This document shows positions 48,950 through 62,159 of a DNA stretch of 64,000 nt, one piece after another. Positions within the stretch are counted from its first letter, which is position 1; each line of letters begins with the position of its first letter. Under the pieces are notes generated by a model, which was not told the origin of the DNA, did no database searches, and worked only from the letters and a program-made list of their open reading frames with translations. A program made the position numbers and the translations under genes. The stretch comes from Squalus acanthias (lineage: Eukaryota): positions 98,706,001 through 98,770,000 of the forward strand of contig CM059432.1 of the NCBI GenBank assembly GCA_030390025.1, given 5' to 3'.

Positions 48950-49800
48950 TCCACCTTCTAACTATAATTTCCCAACCCTGTCATCGATTTGATGAATCTT
49001 TGCTGTATTCTCTTTATGGCTTTAATGTCCTTTTGATAATAGGACACCCAGAGGTACTCTGGTCTAATCAATGTTTTGTATACATTTATCATCCCTTCTG
49101 TACTTTTGTGTTCTATGCTCCTATTTATGGATTCCAAAATGCTGTTGGCCTTTATTGATCTGCATTCACACTTTCAGGGAGTTATGTATTTGAACCCTGA
49201 GGTCTCTCTGCTCATCTTTAACTTTCAGCATCTTCCCATTGAGTGTACACTCTCATTCCTTGTTTTTCCTCCAAAAACTTACTGCCTTGCACATCCATAT
49301 TAAATTACATCTGTCACCTGTCTGCCCATTCCATTAACCTGTCTTCATCTTCCTGAAGTCTTTTACCACACTCTTTGCTATTTGCCAACCCCTTTACTAT
49401 TACATTCCCTTTCTCTATCCAATCAGTCATTTCTTCAAAAAACTTTATTAAATTTGTCAAAGTATAACTTACTTTTAACAAATCCACATTGGCTGCCCTT
49501 GATTAACCCATGCATTTCTAAATGATCACTAATTTTGTTTTGAATTATGGATTGTAAGAATTTTCCCACAACTGACAGACTAACAGGTCTATAGTTATCC
49601 AGTTTATCCACTCCTTCCTTGAACAAAGGTATTACATTGGCTGCTCTCCAGTCCTATTGTACAATGTGCATATTTACAGAGGATACAGAAATTGGAGCCA
49701 GAATCTTTATCTTCTGCCTGACTTCTTTAAACAACCTAGGGCGCATGCCATCAGGGCCCAATGCTCTATCTACCTTGAGTTCTGCTCATTTATTGAGAAC
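48950..49800 (-). mobile_element. Old CR1 RT fragment
   Basis: NYRPVSLSVVGKFLQSII...LIKGSQCGFVK peptide. Confidence 0.75.
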
Positions 49801-52800
49801 TATGCTCCAAGCAACTCTATTTCCCAAATTGCGTAGAGTTTGCTATTTAACTATAAATAATATCAAGGTATCATATGAAAATCAGCACAATACGGATGAC
49901 GATAAGATTGGGATTGAATTATATCTGCATGTGCTCGTCTAATTATCCTAGCCCTATAACCCTGCTTCACCTGAAGATTACGCTTAGTCTTCAACAACAA
50001 CAACAACTTATATTTATATAGCGCCTTTAACGTAGTAAAACGTCCCAAGGCATGATCTTGACTCCACATATTCAATGCCATGGCAGATCAACTAGTGATT
50101 ACAATATGGACTTTCTCACTTGCTTTCCAAAGATTCATGCAAACTTTAGGATTAAAATTGTGCTATGTTCAAAAAAATCTTGTAAATTCTGATCAAAACA
50201 TTAATGATATATTTCTTTTTCTCCCTTCGAATTAAGACTCTGTATATGAGAATAATTTTCAATATCTTGGCAATTCATTTTGTTGATTCAGAGTATTTTC
50301 TGAGTCTCAAGTGTTGATTCCTATAATGGTTAAAATGATAAACTCTGCTATCTACTTATAGTATAACCCATATAACTTGTGAAATGGGCCACACAGATAG
50401 AAAATAAATTCTGGAGATGACAGAGTAGTGACAAACATAGGCACTTTACTTACAATACATTCATCACTTCCCCTTCATATACTCTACAGCATTTTGATGT
50501 GTTGCCATTAATCTGACAGAGTCATTTGGTAGTGAGCAAGGATGAGCAACAGAATTTGGGTGGTCTGCCTTATACTGAAACATAACTGGGGACAGCCCTC
50601 AATGCAGCTTAGATGCTTTTATTGTCCATTTAAGTCCATGAGCAGGGGCAGAATTTCTGGGTGGTGCAGGATCCATCTCTGATCTCACTACTAAAAACGG
50701 TTAGGAGAGAGATTGTTCCCTGGATTAGCTTTTTATGGCTTCAGAAACAGATCTTTTCTTCCTTTAAAGAAGTGCAGTTTGTTGCTCTGGATGTTTCTCG
50801 GGTGGGGTCAACCATTCACCTGACCTTCCTCTATCACAGAGCAGTCCTCTCCTTAATTCCTGATTCATGGGGTCTCTTAAGACGATTGTCAACCATTTCT
50901 ATCTGCTTTTGTTGGCAGGAGGCCAGGATCTATTGTGTGGATTCTTGTTGATTCCGTGGGGTGTGGGTAAGGATTTTCAAGGTTAGAAGTCATTCCACAA
51001 AAGGAAAATTGAATCTCTACAAGCCAAGTGCACTGTTGGAGCAACAACTGCCTTCTCTCTTCATGGGATCCTGCTACAGAAATACGGGCTGGATTTTCCT
51101 GAAATCATCGGACAAATGGCAGGGCGGGACTTCAGTGTGTTCACATGAACTCGCTGGCACCTGACCACATTTTCCTTAGGGGAGGGGGGCCTTATTATTA
51201 TCTAACACAAGATTTGAGTGAGAATTCCACTCCAGACTGGGTCTCTGCCGCTAAGAAGGCAGAAATTGGTGTTAGCTGCGGTAGTAAAAATGTTAGTGCA
51301 GTTGAAATGGCCAGAAGTACAGCAGATGATTAAGGAAAGAGAGAGAGAGAGAGAGACTGAGCTGGAGCTGCACCTGAAGCTGAAAAGCAATGGCAGAGGG
51401 AGGACCACCATCATGGAGGTGGAGGGAGGGGGGCTTCTGCAATGACCAAGTTTGCAAGATTCTCAGAAGCAACAGTGGAAGTAATGCTGGAAGAGATAAG
51501 GGCACAAAGACAAGTGAATTAAAGAATCATGCCCAGGAAAAGGATATACAGTCAGTCTGGAGAGAGGTGGGACTTGCACTCAGCTCCAAATCTACAAGTC
51601 CATGGACAGCTATTCACTGCCAGAAATGTTTTAATAACCTCAACAGGCTGGCCAAGGTACATGATGACAGGAATGCCCATGCAGATGCTATGATACTGCT
51701 AGAAGCATGACTCACCTTAACACTCTCCAGGAGTACATGGCGTAAAAGATAAAATGAATGATACTCTTACATAGACACATAGAAGATAGGAGCAGGAGTA
51801 GGCCATTCGGCCCCTCGAGCCTGCTCCACCATTCGATGAGATCATGGCTGATCATCCAAACTCAGTACCCTGTACCTGCCTTCTCCCCATATCCCTTGAT
51901 ACCTTTAGCTTTAAGAAATATATCTAACTCATTCTTGAATATATTTAATTACTTGGCCTCAACTACCTTCTGTGGTAGAGAATTCCACAGGTTCACCACT
52001 CTCTGGGTGAAGAAATTCTTCCTCATTTCTGTCCTAAATGGCTTACCCGTTATCCTTAGATTATGACCCCTGGTTCTGGACTCTCCGACCATCAGGAACA
52101 TTCTTCCTGTATCTAGTTTGTCCAGACCTGTCAGAATTTTATATGTTTTGATGAGATCCCCTCTCATTCTTCTATACTCCAGCAGGTATAAGCCCAATCG
52201 ACCCAATCTCTCCTCATATGTCATTCCTGCCATCCCAGGTATCAGCCTTGTGAATCTTCGCTGAACTCCTTCCATGGCAAGAACATCCTTCCTCAGATAA
52301 GGCGACCAAAACTGCACACAGTACTCAAGGTTTGGTCCCACCAAGGCCCTGTACAACTGCAGCAGGACATCCCTGTTCCTATACTCAAACCCTTTTGCTA
52401 TGAAGGCCAACATACCATTTGCCTTCTTCACCGCCTGCTGCACCTGCATGCTTACTTTCAGCGACTGGTGCACAAGGACACCCAGGTCCCGTTGCACTTC
52501 CCCTTCTCCCAATCTATTGCCATTCAGATAATAGTCTGCCTTTCTGTTTTTGACACCAAAGTGGATAACCTCGCATTTATCCACGTTATATTGCATCTGC
52601 CATGCTTCTGCCCACTCACCCAACCTGTCCAAATCATCCTGGAGTTTCTCGGTATCCTTCTCGCAGCACACACTCCCACCCAGCTTTGTGTCATCTGCAA
52701 ACTTGGAGATATTATATTTAGTTCCCCTATCTAGATCATTAATGTATATTGTGAATAGCTGGGGTCCAAGGACCGATCCCTGCAGTACCCCACTAGTCAC

Positions 52801-53361
52801 TGCTTGCCACTCGGAAAAAGACCCATTAATTCCTACTCTCTACTTTCTGTCCGCCAACCAGTTCTCTATCCAAGTCAATACCTTGCCCCCAATCCCATGT
52901 GCCTTAACTTTACATGCTAATCTCTTATGCGGGACCTTATCAAAAGCCTTTTGAAAGTCCAAATACACCACATCTACTGGTTCTCCCTTATCTATTTTCC
53001 CAGTTACATCCTCAAAAAATTCCAGTAGATTAGTCAAGCACGATTTACCTTTTGTAAATCCATGTTGACTTTGTCCGATCCTGTCACTGTTTTTCAACTG
53101 CTCAGCTATTACATCCTTTATAATGGACTCCAGCATTTTCCCCACTACCGATGTCAGGCTTACCGGTCTGTATTTCACCGTTTTCTCTCTACCACCCTTT
53201 TTGAATAGTGGGGTAACATTAGCTACCCTCCAATCTATGGGTACAGTTCCAGATTCCATCGAATGTTGGAAGATGATCAGCAATGCATCTACTATTTCTA
53301 GGGCCACTTCCTTAAGTACCCTAGGATGTAGATTATCAGGCGCTGGGGATTTATCGGCCTT

Positions 53362-53725
53362 CGGAGTTTGCACATTCTCCCCGTGTCTGCGTGGGTTTCC
53401 TCCGGGTGCTCCGGTTTCCTCCCACAGTCCAAAAATGTGCGGGTTAGGTTGATTTGGCTATGATAAATTGACCCTTAGTGTTAGGGGGGATTAAATATGT
53501 GGGGTTACGGGGATAGGATGGGATATGTTAGGGGGAATTAAATACGTGGGGTTACGGGGATTGGGTGGGATATGTGTCGGTGCAGGCTCGATGGGGATTC
53601 TGTGTGGGAGAGCAGGGACGGGGTGCTGGATTTGGATGATCAGCCATGATCGTATTGAATGGTGGAGCGGGCTCGACGGGCCGAATGGCCTACTCCTGCT
53701 CCTGGTTTCTGTGTTTCTGTGTTTC
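53362..53725 (+). mobile_element. 5'-truncated V-SINE (HE1-like) with a CR1-derived tail
   Basis: V-domain GGAGTTTGCACATTCTCCCCGTGTCTGCGTGGGTTTCCTCCGGGTGCTCCGGTTTCCTCCCAC; tail GGGCCGAATGGCCTACTCCTGCTCC(TGTTTCTG)n. Confidence 0.85.
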
Positions 53726-54784
53726 AATCCCGTCAATTTCCCTAACACCATTTCCCTGCAAATACTGATTTCTTTCAGTTCCTCCCTTTCATCAGACCGT
53801 ATGTTCTCCAACATCTCTGGGAGGTTATTTGTGTCCTCCTTTGTGAAGACAGAACCAAAATATGCATTTAATTGGTCTGCCATTTCTTTGTTCCCCATTA
53901 TAACTTACCCCGCTTCTAACTGCAAGGGACCTACACTTGATTTCACTAATCTTTTTCTCTTCACATATCTATAAAAGCTCTTACAGTCAGTTTTTATGTT
54001 CCCAGCAAGCTGACCTTCATATTCTATTTTCCCCTTCTTAATTAATCCCTTTGTCGTCCTTTGTTGAATCCTAAACTGCTCCCAATCCTCAGGGTTACCG
54101 CTTTTTCTGGCCAATTTATATGCCGTCTCCTTGGATCTTATGCTATCCCTAATTTCCCTTGTTAGCCACGGTTGAGTCACCCTTTTTGTTTTATTCTTAT
54201 GCCACACTGGGATAAACAAATTCTGTAGTTCATCCATGCAGTCTTTGAATGTTTGCCATTGCCTATCCACCATCAACTCCTTGAGTGACATTCCCCAATC
54301 AATCCTACCCAATTCGCGCCTCATACCATCATTTGGAGGTCTATATACCACTCCCACTAACGTTTTCTGCCCCTTGTTATTTCTCATTTCTACCCATACA
54401 GATTCTGCATCATCAGAGCTAATATCCTTCCTTTCAATTGTGTTAATCCCCTCTTTAACCATAATGCTACCCCACCTCCCTTTCTTTTTTGCCTATCTTT
54501 CCTAAATATTGAATAACCCTGGATGTTGAGTTCCCAGCCTTGGCCACCCTGGAGCCATGTTTCTGTAATCCCAATCAAATCGTATTAATTTACCTCTATT
54601 TGCGCAGCTAATTCATCCACCTTGTTCCGAATGCTCCTTGCATTAAGACACCCTTCAGGATGTGTTTTTAATGCTCTCAGACCTATATGAATTATTATTT
54701 ACTGTGACCATGTTTGATTTAAACCATTGAGTACTTTGCCTTCTACTTTTGTTTTTCTCCTTCCTGTCTTTAGCTTTTATCCTT

Positions 54785-56499
54785 TGTAAAGTTTCGCAAT
54801 TATCGCGATTCGAAATAACAAGATAGAAGCAGATTCGTTTGATCAGTTTATTTAAACGAAATGCTGTCATGATATAAAGGACACAGAAGCCTGTAAAATG
54901 GCCACCGAGCATCGTGGCAGAAGCTTCCAGAAGTACCGTGGGCAGACAAGATGGCGTTCGAATAAACATTTTCAATATAAGACGGGATCATACTCGATAA
55001 GCACTGATAAAGACAGGATGAAACCTGTTTGCATTTGTGACAATAGCAAAAGATATGAGTGCTGGAATCGTTTTCCATGCACAAGTAAGGACCATTGTAC
55101 TGGGCAATCGAAGGCCCATCCAGACACATCAATACACAAATACCCCCACGGCTCTACAATGAGAGAGCCATTCTCGGGTGATTAAACAAGTATTCGGGGG
55201 CCCCCAAAACCAGTCAGGGAGACGATTCATACGATCCTGGCTGGGCCAACAATGGGGAAAACATTAACGGGTAGTTGGCCAGTCTCAGGTGCTATCGAAA
55301 CCCGTTAAAGACAAGAATCACCCCATGCTGGGAGTTTTGAGCGCCAATATTTCACAAAGGTCAAACATTAAGATTTGGGCGGGAGATAACGGAACACAGC
55401 ACTCTAACTATAGACAACAAATGTCCATCGCTCTCTTATTCTCTTATCTCGCTGCTGACTGTTGAGGGTTTTATTCTCTTATTCGCTTGCCGCTTCATGA
55501 ACTTGCTTGACTGGTGAGCTTCTGTGCTTTTCCTGGACTTTGTTGACTCTTAGCCGTACTGGTCGGTTATTCGAATGTTGGGTGGAGCTCAAACGGAACG
55601 AGCCGCCTCAACGAGGGCAAGTGACCGAGTGCACCATCCCGAGGGTCGGTAAATGGTGTCCGGACCCGAAGGCCCGAAGAGACGAGACGAGACGAGAAGA
55701 AGAGGAGAAGAATCCACGTGCCGCCACGGTCAGTAAACCCCGACCGCGCCCAAAAATATAAGAAAGAACTTTTCATTGAAGTCTTCCGACAACCGGTGTT
55801 GGGGACAGGAAGACTCTTCTTCGAATTCTACCGACAACTGGTATCAGTACAGGAAGACTTTTCTTTGAATTCTACAGCCGGGCCCGAGTGCTGTCGAGTT
55901 CTTCATGACAGCGGGGAGCCCAGCCTGCTTGCCGCAGCAGCGAAGATAAACAAGTGGGGTACAGAGACCCCTCCAAACACGTGACAGTCAGGCGCTGCAG
56001 CGAAACGAGCCGAGTGCCTCACTTTAAAATTCTCCGAAGTATCACGAGTGGTGAGCATGTTTCCCGATCCTACAAATCTAGACGTAGTGTAGGTATTGAT
56101 AGGGGAGGGTGGTTTTAATAAGGATAAAGTATAATGTGTTCCCCTTTTTACGATGTGCCGTGCGTTCTTCATTACCATAGACCAAGCTTTATGAATGTAT
56201 GTATACTTGTACTCTCGTTAATTTGCGCCTATGACATGTACTTCATGATCTTGGATGCTATGCAATAAAGATTTCCATTTCGTACTATTCAACCAGGGTC
56301 TGTTTGGGTTTTTCTCTGCATTACTGCTCTCGCACCTAAGTCCAGTGTTAGAACCGTAAGGGCGAGTGGGTCGAACCACTCACAGGTGCTTACTGCAACA
56401 AGGCTGGCCGGAGACCAGAGCAAGCAATAGTATTAGGCAACGAAGGCCTAACCCCGCACCAGCACCGTCTGCGATACAAGCACGCCAAAACCCCTTACA
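54785..56499 (+). mobile_element. Solo LTR (1715 bp), third variant of the provirus LTR family
   Basis: TGTAAAGTTTCGC...CCCCTTACA with TSD CCTT (54781-54784 / 56500-56503), inserted between CR1 ORF1 and ORF2. Confidence 0.93.
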
Positions 56500-56624
56500 C
56501 CTTGTTTCCCTTTCCTCTGTCTCCCTGCTCAGGTTCCCAACCCCCTGCCACTTTAGTTTAAACCCTCCCCAACAGCACTAGCAACAGCCCTGCCCAGGTG
56601 CAGACCTTCCCGTTTGTACTGGTC

Positions 56625-57476
56625 CTACCTCCCCCAGAACCGGTTCCAATGTCCAAGGAATTTGAATCCCTCCCCCTTGCACCATTCCTCTAGCCACGTA
56701 TTCATTTGAAATATCCTCCTATTTCTACTCTGACTAGCACGTGGCACTGGTAGCAATCCTGAGATTACTACCTTTGAGGTCCTATTTTTTAATTTACCTC
56801 CTAACTCCCTATATTCTGCTTTTAGGACCTCATCCAGTTTTTTACCTATATCGTTGATGCCTATGTGCACCACGACAACTGGCTGTTTTCCCTCCCCCTC
56901 CAAAATGTTCTTTAGCCGCTCCGAGACGTCCTTGACCCTTGCACCAGGGAGGCAACACACCATCCTGGAGTCTCGTTTGCGGCTGCAGAAACGCCTATCT
57001 ATTCCCCTTACAATTGAATCCCCTATCACTCTAGCTCTTCCACACTTTTTCCTCCCAGCCTGTGCAGCAGAGCCACCCATGGTGCCAGGAAGTTGGCAGC
57101 TGCCTCCTTCCCCTGATAAGTCATCCCCCCCAACAGCATCCAAAGTGGTATATCTGTTTGAGAGGGGGATGGCCACAGGGGACCCCTGCACTATCTGCCT
57201 GCACCTCTTACTCTGCCTGGTGGTCACCCATTTACTTCCTGCCTGTACACCCTTTACCTGCAGTGTGACCAACTCGCTAAACGTGTTATCCACGTTCTCA
57301 GCGTCGCAAATGCTCCAATATACATCCATCCGCAGCTCCAGTGCCGCAATGCGATCCGTCAGTAGCTGCAGCTGGATACATTTCCCACACACATGGTCGT
57401 CAGGGACACAGGAAGCGTCCGTGATTTCCCACATATAGCAGGAGGAGCATATCACGGGGCGGAGCTCTCCTGCCAT
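56625..57476 (-). CDS. CR1 ORF1p: zinc finger/leucine zipper plus SGNH esterase domain (C-terminus cut by a stop)
   Basis: CSSC...CGKC, LLTDRIAALELRM, VIGDSIVRG, CLPGARVKDV, VVVHIGIND. Confidence 0.88.
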   Translation of the reverse strand: MAGELRPVICSSCYMWEITDASCVPDDHVCGKCIQLQLLTDRIAALELRMDVYWSICDAENVDNTFSELVTLQVKGVQAGSKWVTTRQSKRCRQIVQGSPVAIPLSNRYTTLDAVGGDDLSGEGGSCQLPGTMGGSAAQAGRKKCGRARVIGDSIVRGIDRRFCSRKRDSRMVCCLPGARVKDVSERLKNILEGEGKQPVVVVHIGINDIGKKLDEVLKAEYRELGGKLKNRTSKVVISGLLPVPRASQSRNRRIFQMNTWLEEWCKGEGFKFLGHWNRFWGR

Positions 57477-57737
57477 GACTTACCCTTTAATTAATTAATT
57501 CAAATTAAACTAATTGAATCCCACCAATTTCACTTCAATTAAATGATATACTCAAGGGCCCTTGCTTAACAGCAGTCCCCGCTACACCACAGAGACTCTA
57601 GAAACTATAAACCACAGAATTTAAGTATGGAAAGAAGGAGAAAGAGAGAAATACTCACCAACCAATCACTTACCTGCTTTTTGGTGATGTCACACTTCGA
57701 TTACTTTTTACTTCTTTACACTCACCGGTCCGTTGTA

Positions 57738-58442
57738 GCTCACCTTTGAAATCTCCCGAGGTTTGGCGCTCTCCAGCCGCTCTCGCTCACCTTTGAAATC
57801 TCCCGAGGTTTGGCGCTCTCCAGCCGCTCTCACTCACCTTTGAAATCTCCCGAGGTTTGGCGCTCTCCAGCCGCTCTCGCTCACCTTTGAAATCTCCCGA
57901 GGTTTGTCACTCTCCAGCCGCTCTCGCTCACCTTCGAAATCTCCCGAGGTTTGGCGCTCTCCAGCCGCTCTCGCTCACCTTTGAAATCTCCTGAGATTTG
58001 GCGCTCTCCAGCCGCTCTCGCTCACCTTTGAAATCTCCCGAGGTTTGTCACTCTCCAGCCGCTCTCACTCACCTTTGAAATCTCCTGAGATTTGGCGCTC
58101 TCCAGCCGCTCTCGCTCACCTTTGAAATCTCCCGAGGTTTGTCACTCTCCAGCTGCTCTCGCTCACCTTTGAAATCTCCCGAGGTTTGGCGCTCTCCAGC
58201 CGCTCTCGCTCACCTTTGAAATCTCCCGAGGTTTGGCGCTCTCCAGCCGCTCTCGCTCACCTTTGAAATCTCCCGAGGTTTGGAGCTCTCCAGCCGCTCT
58301 CACTCACCTTTGAAATCTCCCGAGGTTTGGCGCTCTCCAGCCGCTCTCGCTCACCTTTGAAATCTCCCGAGATTTGGCGCTCTCCAGCCGCTCTCGCTCA
58401 CCTTTGAAATCTCCCGAGGTTTGGCGCTCTCCAGCCACTCTC
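57738..58442. repeat. 47-bp tandem array, ~15 copies, in the CR1 5' region
   Basis: Unit GCTCACCTTTGAAATCTCCCGAGGTTTGGCGCTCTCCAGCCGCTCTC, head-to-tail with no spacers. Confidence 0.95.
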
Positions 58443-60391
58443 CGCTTTAACTAATTGAACTTAAATTAAATCAAATCAATCCCACCAATTATACTATAAT
58501 TAAATGATATAGGGCACTTGTTTACCAACTTTCCCCGCTACACCACAGAGACCCTAGAAACTTTAAACCACAAAATTTAAGTTTCAAAAAGGAGAAAAAG
58601 AGAAATACTCACCAACCAATCACTTACCTGTTTTCTGGTGACGTCACACTTTGATTATTTTTCACTTCTCTCTCTCCCGCTCTCGGGGCTCAGATTGGTC
58701 GCCTACCTGGTCGCTGCCGCCTTTTATGGCCACCGCCTCGCCGCTGTCGCTCCACACAGGTCCGCCGCCTCTGCATGACCTTTCACCTTCCTTATCTTTT
58801 CCCGCCTGTGGGGCAACATAGAGGCTCAGCACCACCACCTTTACTGTGGCGGTGATTTACAGGGGTAGCAAGTGGATGGAAATTCAGGAAAATCTCAGGG
58901 GGTGCTTAGCCATCCATCCTCTGCTTCATTTAAATGTGGGGCAGATCAGGAACACAGTGGGATCACGGGAGGAAAATTGTGGCGGACGTTTTACAAGGTG
59001 GAGACTTGGTAGAAGGCTTCATCAGCTTATTTTGCTTGTCAGCCTGCCTCTATACTGCCCAAAAATGGATAGTTTTTTCCAAGGAAAATCTAGGCCTATC
59101 TCTGAATTAGCACCTTGTTGGTAGCTGGGAGTGATTAGTTTGGTCAAGTTTAAGTTCAACCAGGAAGTTAGTGGCATTAGAGTCTTCAGCAAGAATCAGG
59201 ACTCCTAGTTACTATGAACATAAGAAGTCAGTGAGTCCCATTACAATATGATATAGCAACATGATCTTAATTCCTCACACACCAAACTTGTGACATGCTT
59301 AAATTGGGCAGTACATTGTACCTTTTTGCCACTCTTATCTTTTATACTTTGAGAATTATGTGCAGTGAAGCAAACAAGTATTGGTGGTAGTAAATTGTAA
59401 TTATTAGTTTGTATTCTGTGGACGAAACCACAAGCAGATCTTCCCTTTTAGTGTTCCCGATTTTAAAATAAAAAATAAAATCCCATGTTATGGTTTCAAA
59501 TCATTTGAAAAGAGGAAATGTAATCAAATAATAAACTAAAATGTAATTGAATTCAAGTAGTTAAAATGGTATGCTTCACTATAGGTAGTCATTAATAGAT
59601 TTTAACAATTCATGTGACATTTCTTTAAGTTTCGTTCCTTTTTCCTTGGAATAAATACTGGATAATAAAATCTTCTGTTGTAGATTCGGCGTTTTGATTT
59701 AATGTTAAAACTCGAGCCAAATTCACATGACAGTTATGTTCTATGCTACAATTAGGTTCATTTGAAACTCATTTTTCAAAACTAAGACAGGTAGAGGTCT
59801 GGTCCCACAAGGCTCTATGTTTATTCTACTGCTCGTTTTACTGTGTATTAATAACATCCCTAAAGATTACAAGTAGCAGTGTTCACATGTGCAGATAATA
59901 CTTCTGGGTGGTTTGGAGTCTGTCTCTGGAAATAAGACTTTTTTGGAAGCAGTGAGAAAAAAGGTAAGCTCAATTGTTTGCAAGCCTTTCAAGTAAAAGA
60001 TGTATTCTGTGTCTTTCTCACTAAGGAGTTGAAATCATGATATATTAGTAGTAAATATATTAATACATTCTAAAGTAATTCCTGCATCCATTGAAGAAAA
60101 AACAAGGAAAGGTTTCCCTCTTTGGCGCATATTGAAAAATTGTGCAACCCCACCTCACGATTTTCCACCCTACAGAGGATAATGCTTATATAATAGCCCG
60201 GTGAATAGTATTATAATGGGTTATTAGCTTTGTTAGAATAGTGAACGAAAGAATTTCAGGCAAATATGTTACTGCATTTGTTAAGGGTAATATTGCACAG
60301 TTAACCCAAAGGTACTTGCTTAAAATAATAAGAAATGAATGGGTCAGCCAATCTAATGGTTCAGTGGGTAACTGTCTGTTATAATAATACT

Positions 60392-60425
60392 GTTGGACTA
60401 TAACCTGGTGTTGTGCGACCGCTCA
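60392..60425 (+). mobile_element. 34-bp Penelope terminal micro-insertion
   Basis: GTTGGACTATAACCTGGTGTTGTGCGAC is identical to 5507-5534; flanked by an 11-bp direct repeat ATAATAATACT. Confidence 0.8.
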
Positions 60426-61434
60426 ATAATAATACTAGACAGGAAGATCCCAAGTTCAGTTCATGTGCTATGAGTTGATTTCAGCAAGAGCTGCATTCGG
60501 GACTTAACAATTGCCTTAAGCATTTTGGATTAGGTTGGGACAAAAAAAAATTCAGCTCGGGTGCTTGTTCTTGATCACTGTCCAGTGACCCTCCTAAAAA
60601 GCCAATGTATACAGACATCAGGTGGGGACAGGATCGAACTCAGGCCACATAGCCTGTTGATACTCGCTGCTGAAACTCAGACGTGAAGTATGGCCACTTG
60701 AGTGAGGTAACAAAAGCTGCTAATGCCCATAGTGTTGTGATAAGTCTGACTTCAAGACAGGAAGGAAGGAAATTGGATCTTTTAAAATTAGTAGGCCATT
60801 TTTATGCTGCAACCAAGTGACATATTCTTAGGAAGCAATAAGTGTCAGACCTTCCAAGTCAGACACTGGATAGAAAACTTAATGGGATTTTGCACTGAGT
60901 ATATTGCACGTGTGATCACTTCATCAAAGTTTTATGATGTGTGCGATCTATCATTTGTTAAATTGGTGTTTTTAGTTCACTGGCTGTAATCATTTATCAC
61001 TGTGTTAAATCTATTTCAAATATGTGGAGTGACGCTTTCAGTTACCACAAAAAATATATGACTTTGTCTGGTAGTTATTGGACCCTAAGGTTATGGACTT
61101 TCCAGAATCTGTTACTGAAAAATTTCTTACATTTTTCACTCTTGATATAAAATCCATGAGGAAAATTACACAGTACCAGCCATAGGAAAATCAATGTGAT
61201 TGCTTTTCTTTACAACATCTGCATTCCATTACCTTTCAATCACTGAACCATCTTCTGCTCCTGTGGCAGATGGCATTTTCTGCCACACACCAGCTAATGT
61301 CAAGTTCAACAGCAGCAATTGTTGCTATTCGGGGAGGCAGGCCTGGTTGTACATTCCCAAAACATAAAGCATCACTTATTGTACTCATTGCCATTTGCCT
61401 TCAGACAGTGCCCTTCCTTTTATTAACAGAAAGA

Positions 61435-61792
61435 GAAGAAAGAACTTGCACTTGTATAGCATCTGAACACATCTTAGGACATCCCAAAGCACTTCACATA
61501 AAATTAATTACTTTGAAGTGTAGTCATTGTTGCTCTATATTTTAACCATTTTATATAGAGCAAAATCCCACATACTGGAATGAGATGAGTTAATTAATTT
61601 TTGAAAGCATTTGTTGAGGATGAATTTTGACCAGGGCACCAGGAGAGCTCCCACTCTTCTTTGACTGATGCCACTGGATCTTCAATATCCACCAAAACAG
61701 ACCCATCTGGTGAGATTTGGTTTAAAATTTCATCTAAAAGATGGCACCTCTGGCAATGCAGCATTCTTTCAGTAGTGCACTGAAGTGTCAGA
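61435..61792 (-). mobile_element. Old Deu-domain SINE
   Basis: Reverse-complement similarity to the core and tail of 8709-9161. Confidence 0.6.
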
Positions 61793-62159
61793 CTGAAGGG
61801 AATTTTAACCCCAAAAAACAGGTGAGTTGGGGTCGGGTGGGAGGTTAAAGTGTTAAAAAACTGAATCCCGACCCCAACCTGCCTCCAAACTGCCCACTTT
61901 GGGTTTTAGTGGATTCAGGATGGGGGGCAGGCAGCCAACTTGCTCCCAGGAGGCAGGTCACCCATTTAAATGTTATAATGAGGCTGACGTGTCTCAGATT
62001 TAACCACCATTACAAATTTAACTCTGGCTGATCGGGTTTCTCAGGCATCAGGGACCCCGCCAGTTAAAATAAGACGAGGACTGCTGTATCAAGGAGGTAA
62101 GTGTCTTTACACTTGCCTCCTGGATCCACTGTCACTGCCTCAGCCACCCTCGTGATCAG

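Larger units (their letters stand above)
51768..58770 (-). mobile_element. Near full-length CR1 LINE (5' UTR, ORF1, EN-RT ORF2, 3' tail), disrupted
   Basis: ORF1 at 56625-57476; EN IGITETWL at ~54570; RT pieces 52840-53373 and 51949-52800. Interrupted by a solo LTR and a SINE; 5' boundary approximate. Confidence 0.9.
51086..59096 (+). mobile_element. Harbinger remnant with a Myb/SANT-like exon, hosting a near full-length CR1
   Basis: TIR GGGCTGGATTTTCCT / AGGAAAATCTAGGCC; VWREVGLAL...WTAIHCQKCFNNLNRLAKV peptide at ~51550-51660. Confidence 0.65.

Noticed and set aside
57738..58442. Regular 47-bp repeats as a CRISPR array
   Set aside because: Units are head-to-tail with no unique spacers, there are no cas genes, and the context is a eukaryotic LINE.
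59880..59968. Possible exon ending AAG|GTAAGC
   Set aside because: All three frames contain stops shortly upstream and there is no clear acceptor.
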